Below are positions 1-8,208 of a DNA stretch of 46,581 nt, piece by piece. The stretch comes from Pseudomonadota bacterium. GTDB taxonomy: Bacteria; Pseudomonadota; Alphaproteobacteria; MED-G09. The stretch is from the NCBI GenBank assembly GCA_036230365.1, contig JAZAJI010000038.1:1-46581 (forward strand), given 5' to 3'. Below the pieces are notes generated by a model. It saw nothing but the letters and a program-made list of their open reading frames with translations, was not told the origin of the DNA and searched no databases. Numbering within the stretch: the stretch's first letter is position 1; every line of letters starts with the position of its first letter. The position numbers and the translations under genes are program-made.

Positions 1-492
1 AACTCCATAATCTGCAGCATTTATAAGGTTAATACTTAAATCATAGCCAATAGAAGAAAATAATTCCTTTATTTCACCTACTAATTTTCCTTTTTTAAAA
101 GAAAATATACCTTTAACATTTTCATAAACAAAAATATTAGGATTAAGAGATTTAATGGCTCTAAAATATTCCTTAAAAAGGTTTGCCCTAGGATCACTTA
201 AAGATCTTTTTCCGGAAGTTGAATATGCCTGACAGGGAGGTCCTCCAATTACAACATCAATTTCCTGCTTTTCAGAAATTTCATCAAAATTGATAGAGCT
301 AATTGTTTCAGATTTTATTTCAGTATCTGGAAAGTTTATTGAGTATGCATGACACATATCAATATCAACATCATTAGCAAAAATTGTTTGGAATCTTTTT
401 GTATTATTAAACCCAAGTGTTAAACCACCTACGCCACAAAAAAGATCAACAACTTTATATTTTGAATTTATTTTGCTTCTAAAGGAGCCCAT
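1..492 (-). CDS. DNA (cytosine-5)-methyltransferase, N-terminal 164 codons; the gene continues past the left window edge
   Basis: Absent from the supplied ORF track because no stop lies in the window. My minus-strand translation from ATG 492-490 reads MGSFRSKINSKYKVVDLFCGVGGLTLGF..IDVVIGGPPCQAYSTSGKRS..NIFVYENVKGIF..NAADYGV. Motif I FCGVGG is at about 424-441, motif IV GGPPCQ at 229-246 and motif VI ENV at 115-123. The frame is open to base 1. The start overlaps the last 25 nt of the upstream bicupin gene. Confidence 0.85.
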   Translation of the reverse strand, partial: MGSFRSKINSKYKVVDLFCGVGGLTLGFNNTKRFQTIFANDVDIDMCHAYSINFPDTEIKSETISSINFDEISEKQEIDVVIGGPPCQAYSTSGKRSLSDPRANLFKEYFRAIKSLNPNIFVYENVKGIFSFKKGKLVGEIKELFSSIGYDLSINLINAADYGV

Positions 493-1547
493 GCAAGTAA
501 AGTTTTATCATTAGAATTAGAATTCGGGACAAGTTTAATTCCGCCTTCTTCTGCCATGGTTTTATAATCTAACCAAGAGACAACTGCCTCCACAGGTGTA
601 CCGGGGCCTGAATCAAAAACCAAAGGCCCATAAATATTTGCAGTGTAAATAAGGTCTTCATCAGTTACCCTTTGCGTCTCTTCATGTCTAGCTCCAGCAG
701 GTTCATAAAACCACATTCCAGGTCCATAACCTTCCGGAGGTCCAGCACGAACACCCAATGCTCCACTTAAAACTAAGAAATCACTTGCACCTATATGCGT
801 ATGAGGAAGAGCAACACCATTGTGCCTTACTATCATAGATACAAAACCCGTTTCTTCACTTACACGTAAAAGTTTTAACCCTACATCTGGCATAGTGGGC
901 ATTGTAAACCAAGGTACATCTCGTGTATCAACAAAATGAGGGTGCGATATTTCCGATGACAATACAGATCCAACATCTGAATCCACTAATGTTGCAGCAT
1001 TAGAAGATGCAATAGCTAGAGGCTCGCCAGGACCGTCATAAGTTTGAGGCCCCCTTTCCCAACATTCAGTAGATGAGTTAGGGACAAGAGAGATGTTTTT
1101 TTCTTTAGCAAGTTGCATTAAATCATTACCAGTTAAAATCGTTTTAAGAGATCCATCATCTTTTAAGAAAACAACTGCACTATAAAAATTAGCCAGAACT
1201 TCAGCTTCTTCATTAGCTGTAATTGAATTTACTTTAGAGTTTGCTGAAATAAAACCCCATGTTCCAGGAGCTAAAACACTTTCCTTTTCCTCCTGAACAT
1301 AACTAAGCTGTCCAGATAAAACCAATAAATCCATACCCCCTAAATAAATTGAACTTGGAAATGAACATCCTTCGTCTAATTTAAAAATAATGGAAAACAT
1401 TCCACTTTCAGGGCTTACCCTAATAGGTTTTACATATAGACCTGTAACATCCTTCATAGGAATCCATGGCATCGCATTGGTATCTATAGACCCCTCTGCC
1501 CCAAGTGGATTATATTCAGGATTAAAAGTTTCTTTTTGTTCGCTCAT
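468..1547 (-). CDS. Two-domain cupin (bicupin), ChrR-like / dihydroxyacetophenone-dioxygenase-like cupin family
   Basis: Two repeats share the pattern (M/V)PW(I/F)..P...G(L)..K.(I/L)RVS.E(S/T)G(M/F).S.I. The second repeat keeps a metal-type HTHIGASDFLVLSG; the first has GGMDLLVLSGQL with no His pair. The track start at 1601 is a TTG. ATG at 1547 (MSEQKETF) sits behind GGGGAAG and looks more likely. Confidence 0.55.
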   Translation of the reverse strand: MSEQKETFNPEYNPLGAEGSIDTNAMPWIPMKDVTGLYVKPIRVSPESGMFSIIFKLDEGCSFPSSIYLGGMDLLVLSGQLSYVQEEKESVLAPGTWGFISANSKVNSITANEEAEVLANFYSAVVFLKDDGSLKTILTGNDLMQLAKEKNISLVPNSSTECWERGPQTYDGPGEPLAIASSNAATLVDSDVGSVLSSEISHPHFVDTRDVPWFTMPTMPDVGLKLLRVSEETGFVSMIVRHNGVALPHTHIGASDFLVLSGALGVRAGPPEGYGPGMWFYEPAGARHEETQRVTDEDLIYTANIYGPLVFDSGPGTPVEAVVSWLDYKTMAEEGGIKLVPNSNSNDKTLLAWAPLEAK

Positions 1548-1626
1548 AGCTATCTTCCCCGTTTTTTTGAAGAGTATATGTAGAAAATTAATACCTGTCA
1601 AAAAAAGTAAGTAAACAAAATTCTTG

Positions 1627-2061
1627 TTAAGAATAATCTTTAAGCATTTTCTTTAGTTCAAGAGAATGCTGCTCTTCTTGTCCAATCATAGTTCGAGCGT
1701 ATTCTTCTAGATAAATTGAAGCATTTTCAACATTTTCAAGAAGTTTTTTATATAAACCTAATGCATGCTCTTCATGTTCTAGGCTTTCTTTCAATATAGC
1801 TTCAATGGAATGTTGGTTGCTCTCTTCAATTCTAGAGATTTTCTGACTTGGATGACCATCAAGACCTGTTAGTAATTCGCCTGCTTGCTGAGCATGAGCT
1901 AAAGATTCATTTGCTTGGGCCTGTAAAAACTCAACTATTGGTATCCGATTTGGGCCCGAAACCATTAAAGAGGAATGTGTATATCTTACCACCCCAGCTA
2001 ATTCGTACTCCATGATCTCATTTAGAATATCACAGACAATACCTTCATCAAGTTCTTCCAT
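1627..2061 (-). CDS. Ferritin-like four-helix-bundle protein (bacterioferritin/Dps-like)
   Basis: 144 aa with a bacterioferritin-like layout: EYELAGV..Y, NESLAH, LEHEEHA, GQEEQHS. The second ExxH motif is canonical. The first is E-x3-H, so it is not a textbook Bfr. Strong SD AGGAG before the ATG. Confidence 0.6.
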   Translation of the reverse strand: MEELDEGIVCDILNEIMEYELAGVVRYTHSSLMVSGPNRIPIVEFLQAQANESLAHAQQAGELLTGLDGHPSQKISRIEESNQHSIEAILKESLEHEEHALGLYKKLLENVENASIYLEEYARTMIGQEEQHSLELKKMLKDYS

Positions 2062-2120
2062 TTGTTGCTCCTATTCTTCTTATAGAAGGGCTTATAACAT
2101 AGAAAAATATTGCTTGTCTG

Positions 2121-2143
2121 TTAATGCAATTTAATTGCAATAA
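2121..2143. promoter_or_regulatory. Perfect 7-1-7 palindrome TGCAATT-t-AATTGCA (core 2125-2139), 64-78 nt upstream of the ferritin-like gene
   Basis: Read directly from ttaaTGCAATTtAATTGCAataa. Too AT-rich and short-looped for a terminator, and positioned like an operator. Confidence 0.3.
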
Positions 2144-2824
2144 TTAAGACAGTTTAAGTTGTTCAATCCTTTTCGAAAAACCATAACTAAGCGAAAACAT
2201 AGAAATAACGGATAAAAAAACTATAATTTTCTGAATAATTGCTTGATTTATCATTACATCTTTATTTTCCAAAGGATTTCCTCCAAGTAACTGATAAAAA
2301 ACATAAGATGTTGTTAAAAAAAGAAATATAGCTATTACAACTGAATATCTCTTTTCAAGAGGGCTCCTTAAGAAAACAATTAAATATAGAATTGATGCTG
2401 GTATCAAGAGTCTAAAAGAATTTAGTGCAAAAAACACATGAAGATCCAAATATAGATCATAAGGAGTTAATCCTACTCCAGCAAAAAAACATGATCCTAT
2501 AAAGAAAAAAAAAGATCCTATGACGGCTGAAGCAAATGTTATTTTATCTTCTTTAAATAAAAGGGGAACAAATAAGAAAGAGATGCCCGAAAGAAAAAAT
2601 AATAACATAGATAAATTAAATAATATTGAAGAAATAAAATTATCATTACCAGAGTGAGATTCAATTCCTCCTAAATCACTTAAAAAATTATGTGTAAAAG
2701 AATACCCTACTTGAGAGGGATCATGAATATTTCCGCCGTGATAAAAATAAACGCCAATAAAGAATGAGAAAACAAAAAATATTGTAACAAATCTTATGAC
2801 CTTAACTGTCCAAAATTTAATCAT
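2144..2824 (-). CDS. Polytopic membrane protein, unknown function (possibly DUF998-like)
   Basis: About 6 hydrophobic segments. The NFLSDLGG motif recalls the ISELG motif of DUF998. No catalytic motif recognised. Confidence 0.45.
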   Translation of the reverse strand: MIKFWTVKVIRFVTIFFVFSFFIGVYFYHGGNIHDPSQVGYSFTHNFLSDLGGIESHSGNDNFISSILFNLSMLLFFLSGISFLFVPLLFKEDKITFASAVIGSFFFFIGSCFFAGVGLTPYDLYLDLHVFFALNSFRLLIPASILYLIVFLRSPLEKRYSVVIAIFLFLTTSYVFYQLLGGNPLENKDVMINQAIIQKIIVFLSVISMFSLSYGFSKRIEQLKLS

Positions 2825-2840
2825 AGGAATTTAAATTACT

Positions 2841-3452
2841 TTACTGCATCTCTATAGCAGTTTTGAAAGCTTCACGATTACTAATTTTTTCAACATATTG
2901 TTTAAGATGAACCATTTCATCAGGTACACAACCCATCCTATTGCCCATAAAACAAGAATGACCAAGCATTAAATCTGCTGCTGAAAAGTCGCCTATTAGA
3001 TAATCTTTTCCTTCTAAAGTTTCATTAACTGGGGCTAAGGATTTTGTTAGTAATCTTTGAGCTTGCCCTAAAACAGTTTCATCCCTTCTATCAGGAGGTA
3101 GTAGAATAGTTTGTACAACTATTGTGTTAATTGGAGGCATAACCATCCCTTCACAATAATGAAACCATTGAAGATACTCAGGATATCTTTCATCTTCAAC
3201 AGAAGGCTTTAAACCCCCATTTTTATGCCTTTCTAAAACATATTCTATAATAGCACCTGATTCATAAATTCTTATTTCTCCGTCATCAAGAACTGGTATT
3301 CTACCCAAAGGGTGTCTTTTACGATGCTCATCAGATTTAAGGTCTTTTGGATGAAAAGCCATATTGTTAACTTCATATGGAAGAGATAACTCTTCTAGAA
3401 GCCAAATTATCCTCCCGGCTCTTGAATTAGGAGCAAAATGTACTTTAAGCAT
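2841..3452 (-). CDS. Glutathione S-transferase
   Basis: N-terminal thioredoxin-like GST domain: SRAGRIIWLLEEL, GRIPVLDDGEIRIYESGAIIEYV. Helical C-terminal domain, 203 aa. SD AAGGA. Confidence 0.85.
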   Translation of the reverse strand: MLKVHFAPNSRAGRIIWLLEELSLPYEVNNMAFHPKDLKSDEHRKRHPLGRIPVLDDGEIRIYESGAIIEYVLERHKNGGLKPSVEDERYPEYLQWFHYCEGMVMPPINTIVVQTILLPPDRRDETVLGQAQRLLTKSLAPVNETLEGKDYLIGDFSAADLMLGHSCFMGNRMGCVPDEMVHLKQYVEKISNREAFKTAIEMQ

Positions 3453-3467
3453 AATTAATTTTCCTTA

Positions 3468-3489
3468 TTGTAAATTAATAGTTTTACAA
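3468..3489. promoter_or_regulatory. Palindrome TTGTAAA-N8-TTTACAA (site 1), just upstream of the SD of the GST gene
   Basis: Sequence attgtaaattaatagttttacaaa. It shares TGTAAA-N8-TTTACA exactly with site 2, 53 bp away. Confidence 0.4.
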
Positions 3490-3521
3490 AAAAATTTTAT
3501 AAATTAGATTTAAGAGATTAA

Positions 3522-3541
3522 TGTAAAATAAAATTTTTACA
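3522..3541. promoter_or_regulatory. Palindrome TGTAAA-N8-TTTACA (site 2), just upstream of the SD of the epimerase gene
   Basis: Sequence aatgtaaaataaaatttttacaaa. Same half-sites and spacing as site 1. Confidence 0.4.
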
Positions 3542-3564
3542 AATAATTTTATAGGAGGAATTAA

Positions 3565-3975
3565 ATGGTTGGACCATTAAATCATGTTGGAGTTGCAGTG
3601 CCTTCAATAGAAAAAGCAGCTAAAACTTATAAAGATCTCTATGATATAATTGACATAACAGAGCCGGCAGAAATGCCTGCACAGGGTGTACGATTTTGCT
3701 TTGTAAATCTTCCTAATAGTCAAATCGAATTAATAGAACCTTTAGGAGATGATTCTCCTATTACTAATTTCCTTGAAAAGAATCCAAAAGGTGGACAACA
3801 TCATATCTGCTTTGAGGTAGATGATATTAATATCGCTAAAAGGGAAATGGAGGAAAAAGGCGCAACTGTTCTAAATGAACCGCGAATAGGTGCCCATGGT
3901 ACTCCTGTTATCTTTATTCATCCAAAAAACACAGATGGTGTATTAATTGAGTTAATGGAATCTCCAAAAAGTTAA
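3565..3975 (+). CDS. mce: Methylmalonyl-CoA epimerase (VOC superfamily)
   Basis: 136 aa with LNHVGVAVPSI, IELIEPLGDDSPI..FL, GGQHHICFEVDDI and GVLIELME, typical of methylmalonyl-CoA epimerases. Strong SD AGGAGG. Confidence 0.8.
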   Translation: MVGPLNHVGVAVPSIEKAAKTYKDLYDIIDITEPAEMPAQGVRFCFVNLPNSQIELIEPLGDDSPITNFLEKNPKGGQHHICFEVDDINIAKREMEEKGATVLNEPRIGAHGTPVIFIHPKNTDGVLIELMESPKS

Positions 3976-3982
3976 CTGATAT

Positions 3983-5053
3983 TTAATCTAAAAAATTCTC
4001 AATAATTTTATTTATATTAACTAATTTGAAATTCTGATTTACTTTCTTAGCTTGTAAGGAAACTCCATCTAATTCAAACTCATCCATATTCATGTCATCT
4101 TGAGCAATGAAAATTCCTTCACTAAAGTTTTCGTTTATTTTTCCATAAAATATTTCAATACCATCTGTTCGTGATACCCCATCAATTCTTTTACTTTTAT
4201 TAATGGAAAAGCTTCCTATAAATTCCTTATTCTGACTTACATTATAAACAGTAAAGTTACTGGAGCCTTGAGAAGAGGCAATAAGTAATTTTCCTTTAGG
4301 GTGATTTAATAAAGCAAGCCCTTCAGTGTCTCCATTAATATTACCATTGTATTTTCTAGTTCTATCCAATGTCTCTACTTTATTATCATTAGGTTCTGCA
4401 TCTATAAAATAGACACCAGAATCTTTATCTTCTTGAGCAAAATATAATATTCCAGATTCATCATCTGCAACACAACCTTCTGAAGTTGTTGAAGTCTTAA
4501 TTTGTCTAACCATTTGAGTCTTAAGAGGAAAAAAATTAAGAACCCTATATTGATAAATTGATAAAGTTTCAATATCGCTTACAAAAATATAAGTTGATTT
4601 GGATTTGAGGCTTTTATACATACAAAGTCCATATACACTTTCAAGTCCAGTTATGATTTCATTATTATTTAAATTATCTATAAAACCTTCTTCATTTATT
4701 AAGTATATGATTATTGAGTTATTGCTGCCATTTGAACCGGCTAAAATAGAAAACTTTTTCGCCCCAAAACTATAGCCGCTCCTACTATCAATATTATTTA
4801 CTCTTCCTGATGGAATAAATTGTAACCTTTTACCGTCCAATGAAAAAGAGTGAACTCCTGCCTTTTTATCAGTTCCAAAAATTACGCTTTTATTTGGATT
4901 ATTTGGGTTATACCAAAAAGCGGGGTCATCAGCGGCATCGCCGCTTGTAAAAACTGGCTCTGTTTCAACTTTTGGAGATATATCAATAATTAAAGCATAA
5001 ACATTACAGCAAAAGAGTAATGATATTGTAATTGTAAACAGCTTAATCATCAT
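3983..5053 (-). CDS. Secreted beta-propeller phytase (3-phytase)
   Basis: Signal peptide MMIKLFTITISLLFCCNVYA. GDAADDPAFWYNP matches the DAADDPA(I/L)W signature of Bacillus-type beta-propeller phytases. Repeated beta-strand/Asp-rich blades follow. Confidence 0.8.
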   Translation of the reverse strand: MMIKLFTITISLLFCCNVYALIIDISPKVETEPVFTSGDAADDPAFWYNPNNPNKSVIFGTDKKAGVHSFSLDGKRLQFIPSGRVNNIDSRSGYSFGAKKFSILAGSNGSNNSIIIYLINEEGFIDNLNNNEIITGLESVYGLCMYKSLKSKSTYIFVSDIETLSIYQYRVLNFFPLKTQMVRQIKTSTTSEGCVADDESGILYFAQEDKDSGVYFIDAEPNDNKVETLDRTRKYNGNINGDTEGLALLNHPKGKLLIASSQGSSNFTVYNVSQNKEFIGSFSINKSKRIDGVSRTDGIEIFYGKINENFSEGIFIAQDDMNMDEFELDGVSLQAKKVNQNFKLVNINKIIENFLD

Positions 5054-5089
5054 AAAAATATTTTAAGAATAATTTCTTAAAAAATAAAC

Positions 5090-5125
5090 AAAATATAAAA
5101 AAGGGCAGTTTAAAAACTGCCCTTT
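5090..5125 (-). terminator. Rho-independent terminator after the TonB-dependent receptor gene
   Basis: 11-bp perfect stem aaagggcagtt/aactgcccttt (5100-5110 and 5115-5125) with a 4-nt loop. On the minus strand a T-rich tract (ttatattttgtt) follows. Confidence 0.8.
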
Positions 5126-5145
5126 ATTATTAATGTTAAGTAAAT

Positions 5146-7587
5146 TTATCTTTGGTAAGATAATTTTAATGCAACAGTTCTACCTGGTTTAATATATGCA
5201 TACCTATCACCAGCAAAACCAGCTTCAGTACCAGCACCACCGCCTGTTGAAGGCGCATCAGAACCAGAGGTTTGGATATATTCATCACCAAGATTTCTGC
5301 CTATTAAAGCTAATTTCCAACCATTATTTGGAGATGATAAGTTTATGCCAGCATCCCAAGCTGTATATTTTGGTTGAAAAATATCCGGAATAGTATCACT
5401 TAATCTGTATTCGTCGGAATGTTTAACATTTACATTAAAACCAAACTCAAGACCATTACTTAAAGGTGTATTGTAATTCAACCCAAAGTTCATTCTGTTT
5501 TCAGGAGCTATAGCCTTTTTACTACCATTTAAATTTTGTAGTGTAAGGCCGCCATCTGGAACATTACAACCTTCTGAAGGTTTTTGACCACCTGCACAAG
5601 GACCAACAAATTTTACATAATTTGAGTCATTATACCCATAAGCAGCTGTTAATCTTAGACCCTCAATACTTGGAGGAAGATAAGCAACTTGTAGCTCTAG
5701 GCCTCTAGATTCAGATTCTTCAGCATTTAGGGTTCTATAAGCAAATGTAGCTGCATTAAAGTAATTAAGTTGAAGATCATCATAGGTATAATCATAAATA
5801 TCAAAATTTACTTCAAGACTTCCGTCATTTAAAAGAGCTTTTACACCAGCTTCAAAACCTTCAACATGTTCAGGCTGATATGTAATATCTGCTATTGGAT
5901 CTGAATTTAAAGTACTATCAATTGATCCATTATCAAAGCCACCTGACTTCCACCCTTCTTTATAAGCTAAAAAGTAGGTAAGTGTATCTGAAGGCTGATA
6001 ACGGAAAGTTACTTCTGGAACAAAATCATCAAATGATTGATCTGCAGCTAGTGTTCTTCCTTCAATAAATAAGAAACCAAAAACAGGGTTAACATAAGGT
6101 TGGATAAAATATGAATCTTTAGATTCATCAATATAACGACCACCAGCTGTTAATTGCATAGTGTCATTTATATCCCACCTTAATTCACCATAAACTGAGA
6201 AAGTTTCACCGTCAGTTTCTGATATTTTATCATAAGCAACAAACCTATTTGTTGGATCTGCAGCAGAATTTTCTGCGCCAGCAAAAATAACTTCCTGAGC
6301 AAAATATCTTTCTGTCTCTTGCCAGTAGCCGCCTAGAGCCCAATTAAGAGAGCCTCCGCCAGTAGATACAAGTTTTAATTCTAATGATAAATTTTCAAAA
6401 TCGTTAACCTCACCAGCAAAACAACTTGTGTTTGAATTGTAATCACAATCGATAACCCAAGCTACATTTTGTTCATGAGAATTTAAAATAGCTCTAAGTT
6501 GTGCTGTATCAAAATCATGAGTTAAATCTGCAGTATAAATCTTAGATTCATATGTCTCACCAAGTTCTCCACCAAATTGTCCTGTTAATTCATAAGCGGC
6601 AGCAGGTACAGTAGGAATATTATTAAAGCCTGTGGCTCTATCTTTATTACACTCACCTCCAGTCGGTAAAGGATTTGCAACACCTCCTGTATTAATTTGT
6701 GGAATATCACCTAAATAACAATCAAATAACTCGGCCATAGTTACTGAGGCCATTTTTTTATCAGCAAGACTTGCTTTAAGTTTCAAAGTTGTTCTTTCTC
6801 CTAGCTCTCCTTTAAGTGTTAATCTTTGATAAGAATCTTCACTTGCAGGAAAATATTTAGTAGTAGGTTCAGGATTTTCATGGGCAGTAGGTGCAAATCC
6901 ATTAGCAGCATCAACAGTAGTATAAGTTGTTGCTGTTGCAGTATTTTTGAACCAACCTTTATCCATTTCACTTTCATAAATAGCTAAACGAGCACCCCAA
7001 TTATCACTAATAGGGCCTGAAACAACAAATTCATATGTATCTGATTCATATTCAAATTCGTGTGAGGCACTTGCTATAAACTCAAATTCATCTCCAGGAT
7101 CATTAGTCACTATAGCAACAGCACCTGCGGTAGCATTTTTACCAAAATAAAGTGCTTGAGGGCCTTTTAGAATAGCAACTTGATTAGTATCAAACAAACC
7201 TTCGTTAATAACTCTTCCTTGAGGGAAATAAACACCATCTATCATAACAGCAACTGACTGTTCAATTCCTAAACTACCTGGGCTAGATGCAATACCTCTA
7301 ATAGCAATCTGAACTCCACTGCCACTGTTAATACGATTAATTTCAAGTGATGCAGAAGATGCTGCGATATCATCTAGAGAATTAATGTTAAGATTCTCCA
7401 TCTCCTCTTCACCATAAGCTGTAATAGCAACAGGAATATCTCTAATTGATTCCTCCGTTGCACGTGCTGTAACAACAATCTCTTCAATGTATGAAGATAA
7501 ATTACTTGTATTAGAATCTTGAGCATTAGCTACAAATCCAAAAACTACAGCAAATAAAAATATATAAATATTCTTTAAATAATTCAT
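5146..7587 (-). CDS. TonB-dependent outer-membrane receptor
   Basis: Signal peptide ending VANAQ, TonB-box-like EEIVVTA and plug motifs (DIPVAITAY, IAIRGI, YFGKNATAGAV). Long Gly/Tyr/Asp-rich barrel. SD AGGGAGGG. Confidence 0.9.
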   Translation of the reverse strand: MNYLKNIYIFLFAVVFGFVANAQDSNTSNLSSYIEEIVVTARATEESIRDIPVAITAYGEEEMENLNINSLDDIAASSASLEINRINSGSGVQIAIRGIASSPGSLGIEQSVAVMIDGVYFPQGRVINEGLFDTNQVAILKGPQALYFGKNATAGAVAIVTNDPGDEFEFIASASHEFEYESDTYEFVVSGPISDNWGARLAIYESEMDKGWFKNTATATTYTTVDAANGFAPTAHENPEPTTKYFPASEDSYQRLTLKGELGERTTLKLKASLADKKMASVTMAELFDCYLGDIPQINTGGVANPLPTGGECNKDRATGFNNIPTVPAAAYELTGQFGGELGETYESKIYTADLTHDFDTAQLRAILNSHEQNVAWVIDCDYNSNTSCFAGEVNDFENLSLELKLVSTGGGSLNWALGGYWQETERYFAQEVIFAGAENSAADPTNRFVAYDKISETDGETFSVYGELRWDINDTMQLTAGGRYIDESKDSYFIQPYVNPVFGFLFIEGRTLAADQSFDDFVPEVTFRYQPSDTLTYFLAYKEGWKSGGFDNGSIDSTLNSDPIADITYQPEHVEGFEAGVKALLNDGSLEVNFDIYDYTYDDLQLNYFNAATFAYRTLNAEESESRGLELQVAYLPPSIEGLRLTAAYGYNDSNYVKFVGPCAGGQKPSEGCNVPDGGLTLQNLNGSKKAIAPENRMNFGLNYNTPLSNGLEFGFNVNVKHSDEYRLSDTIPDIFQPKYTAWDAGINLSSPNNGWKLALIGRNLGDEYIQTSGSDAPSTGGGAGTEAGFAGDRYAYIKPGRTVALKLSYQR

Positions 7588-7745
7588 TTAAACCCTCCCT
7601 CGGATAATTGATGGAATATATTTTTGATATATAATTATAAAAAATTAGCCAAAAAAAGCTGAAAAGTAAAATTATAATTGAAAATAATTAATTATTACTA
7701 TTAATTTTAAGAATAGAACAAAATAAAATAAAAAAAGGGGAAATA

Positions 7746-8168
7746 ATGACATTTAACGGTTCTGTCGAAGATAAATTATCTATCCATGAATTAATAATGG
7801 TTTATGGGGATGCTGTTACACGGAAAGACTCTCATGACTGGGGGTCTACTTGGTCAGAAAAAGCTATTTGGAGTGTACCAAATTTTCCTGGTTTAGAAAA
7901 AGTAGAAGGAAGAAAAGAAATAGTTAAAAAATGGGAAGAGGCAATGGAAAACTATCAATATATTGTTTTTACCGCTCAGTTAGGCTCGTTAAATATCTCT
8001 GGCGATAAAGCAGAAGGTACAACTTATACATTAGAGGTTGGGACGAATACAGAAGGTAAAAAATCTCAAATTCATGGACAATATTTAGATGAGTTTATTA
8101 AGCAAAATGGGGAATGGTATTTTTCTAAAAGAACATTTTCTATTTTACATGATTATTTAGAAGAATAA
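7746..8168 (+). CDS. SnoaL_4 / NTF2-fold protein (paralogue of 17769-18167)
   Basis: 140 aa. DKLSIHELIMVYGDAV, WGSTWSE and GEWYFSKRTF match 17769-18167 (DKLAIRELLDRYCDGV, WGSTWSE, GEWKFSKRSF). Confidence 0.7.
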   Translation: MTFNGSVEDKLSIHELIMVYGDAVTRKDSHDWGSTWSEKAIWSVPNFPGLEKVEGRKEIVKKWEEAMENYQYIVFTAQLGSLNISGDKAEGTTYTLEVGTNTEGKKSQIHGQYLDEFIKQNGEWYFSKRTFSILHDYLEE

Positions 8169-8208
8169 TTTTAACCAGCATTTTCTGAAAAGAAAAATAA
8201 AGGATATT

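Noticed and set aside
1548-1601. Longer N-terminal extensions are given by the ORF track. One is a TTG start at 1601 for the bicupin. The other is ATG 30721 for the VOC protein, which overlaps the SDR by 23 nt.
   Set aside because: Neither extension has an SD. The downstream ATGs (1547 and 30667) do, and 30667 yields a clean signal peptide.
7598-7625. Fur-box-like GATAATTGATGGAATAT lies just upstream of the SD of the 813-aa TonB-dependent receptor.
   Set aside because: Only the first hexamer (GATAAT) matches. The right half scores about 2 of 7 against the 7-1-7 consensus. That is indistinguishable from AT-rich background.
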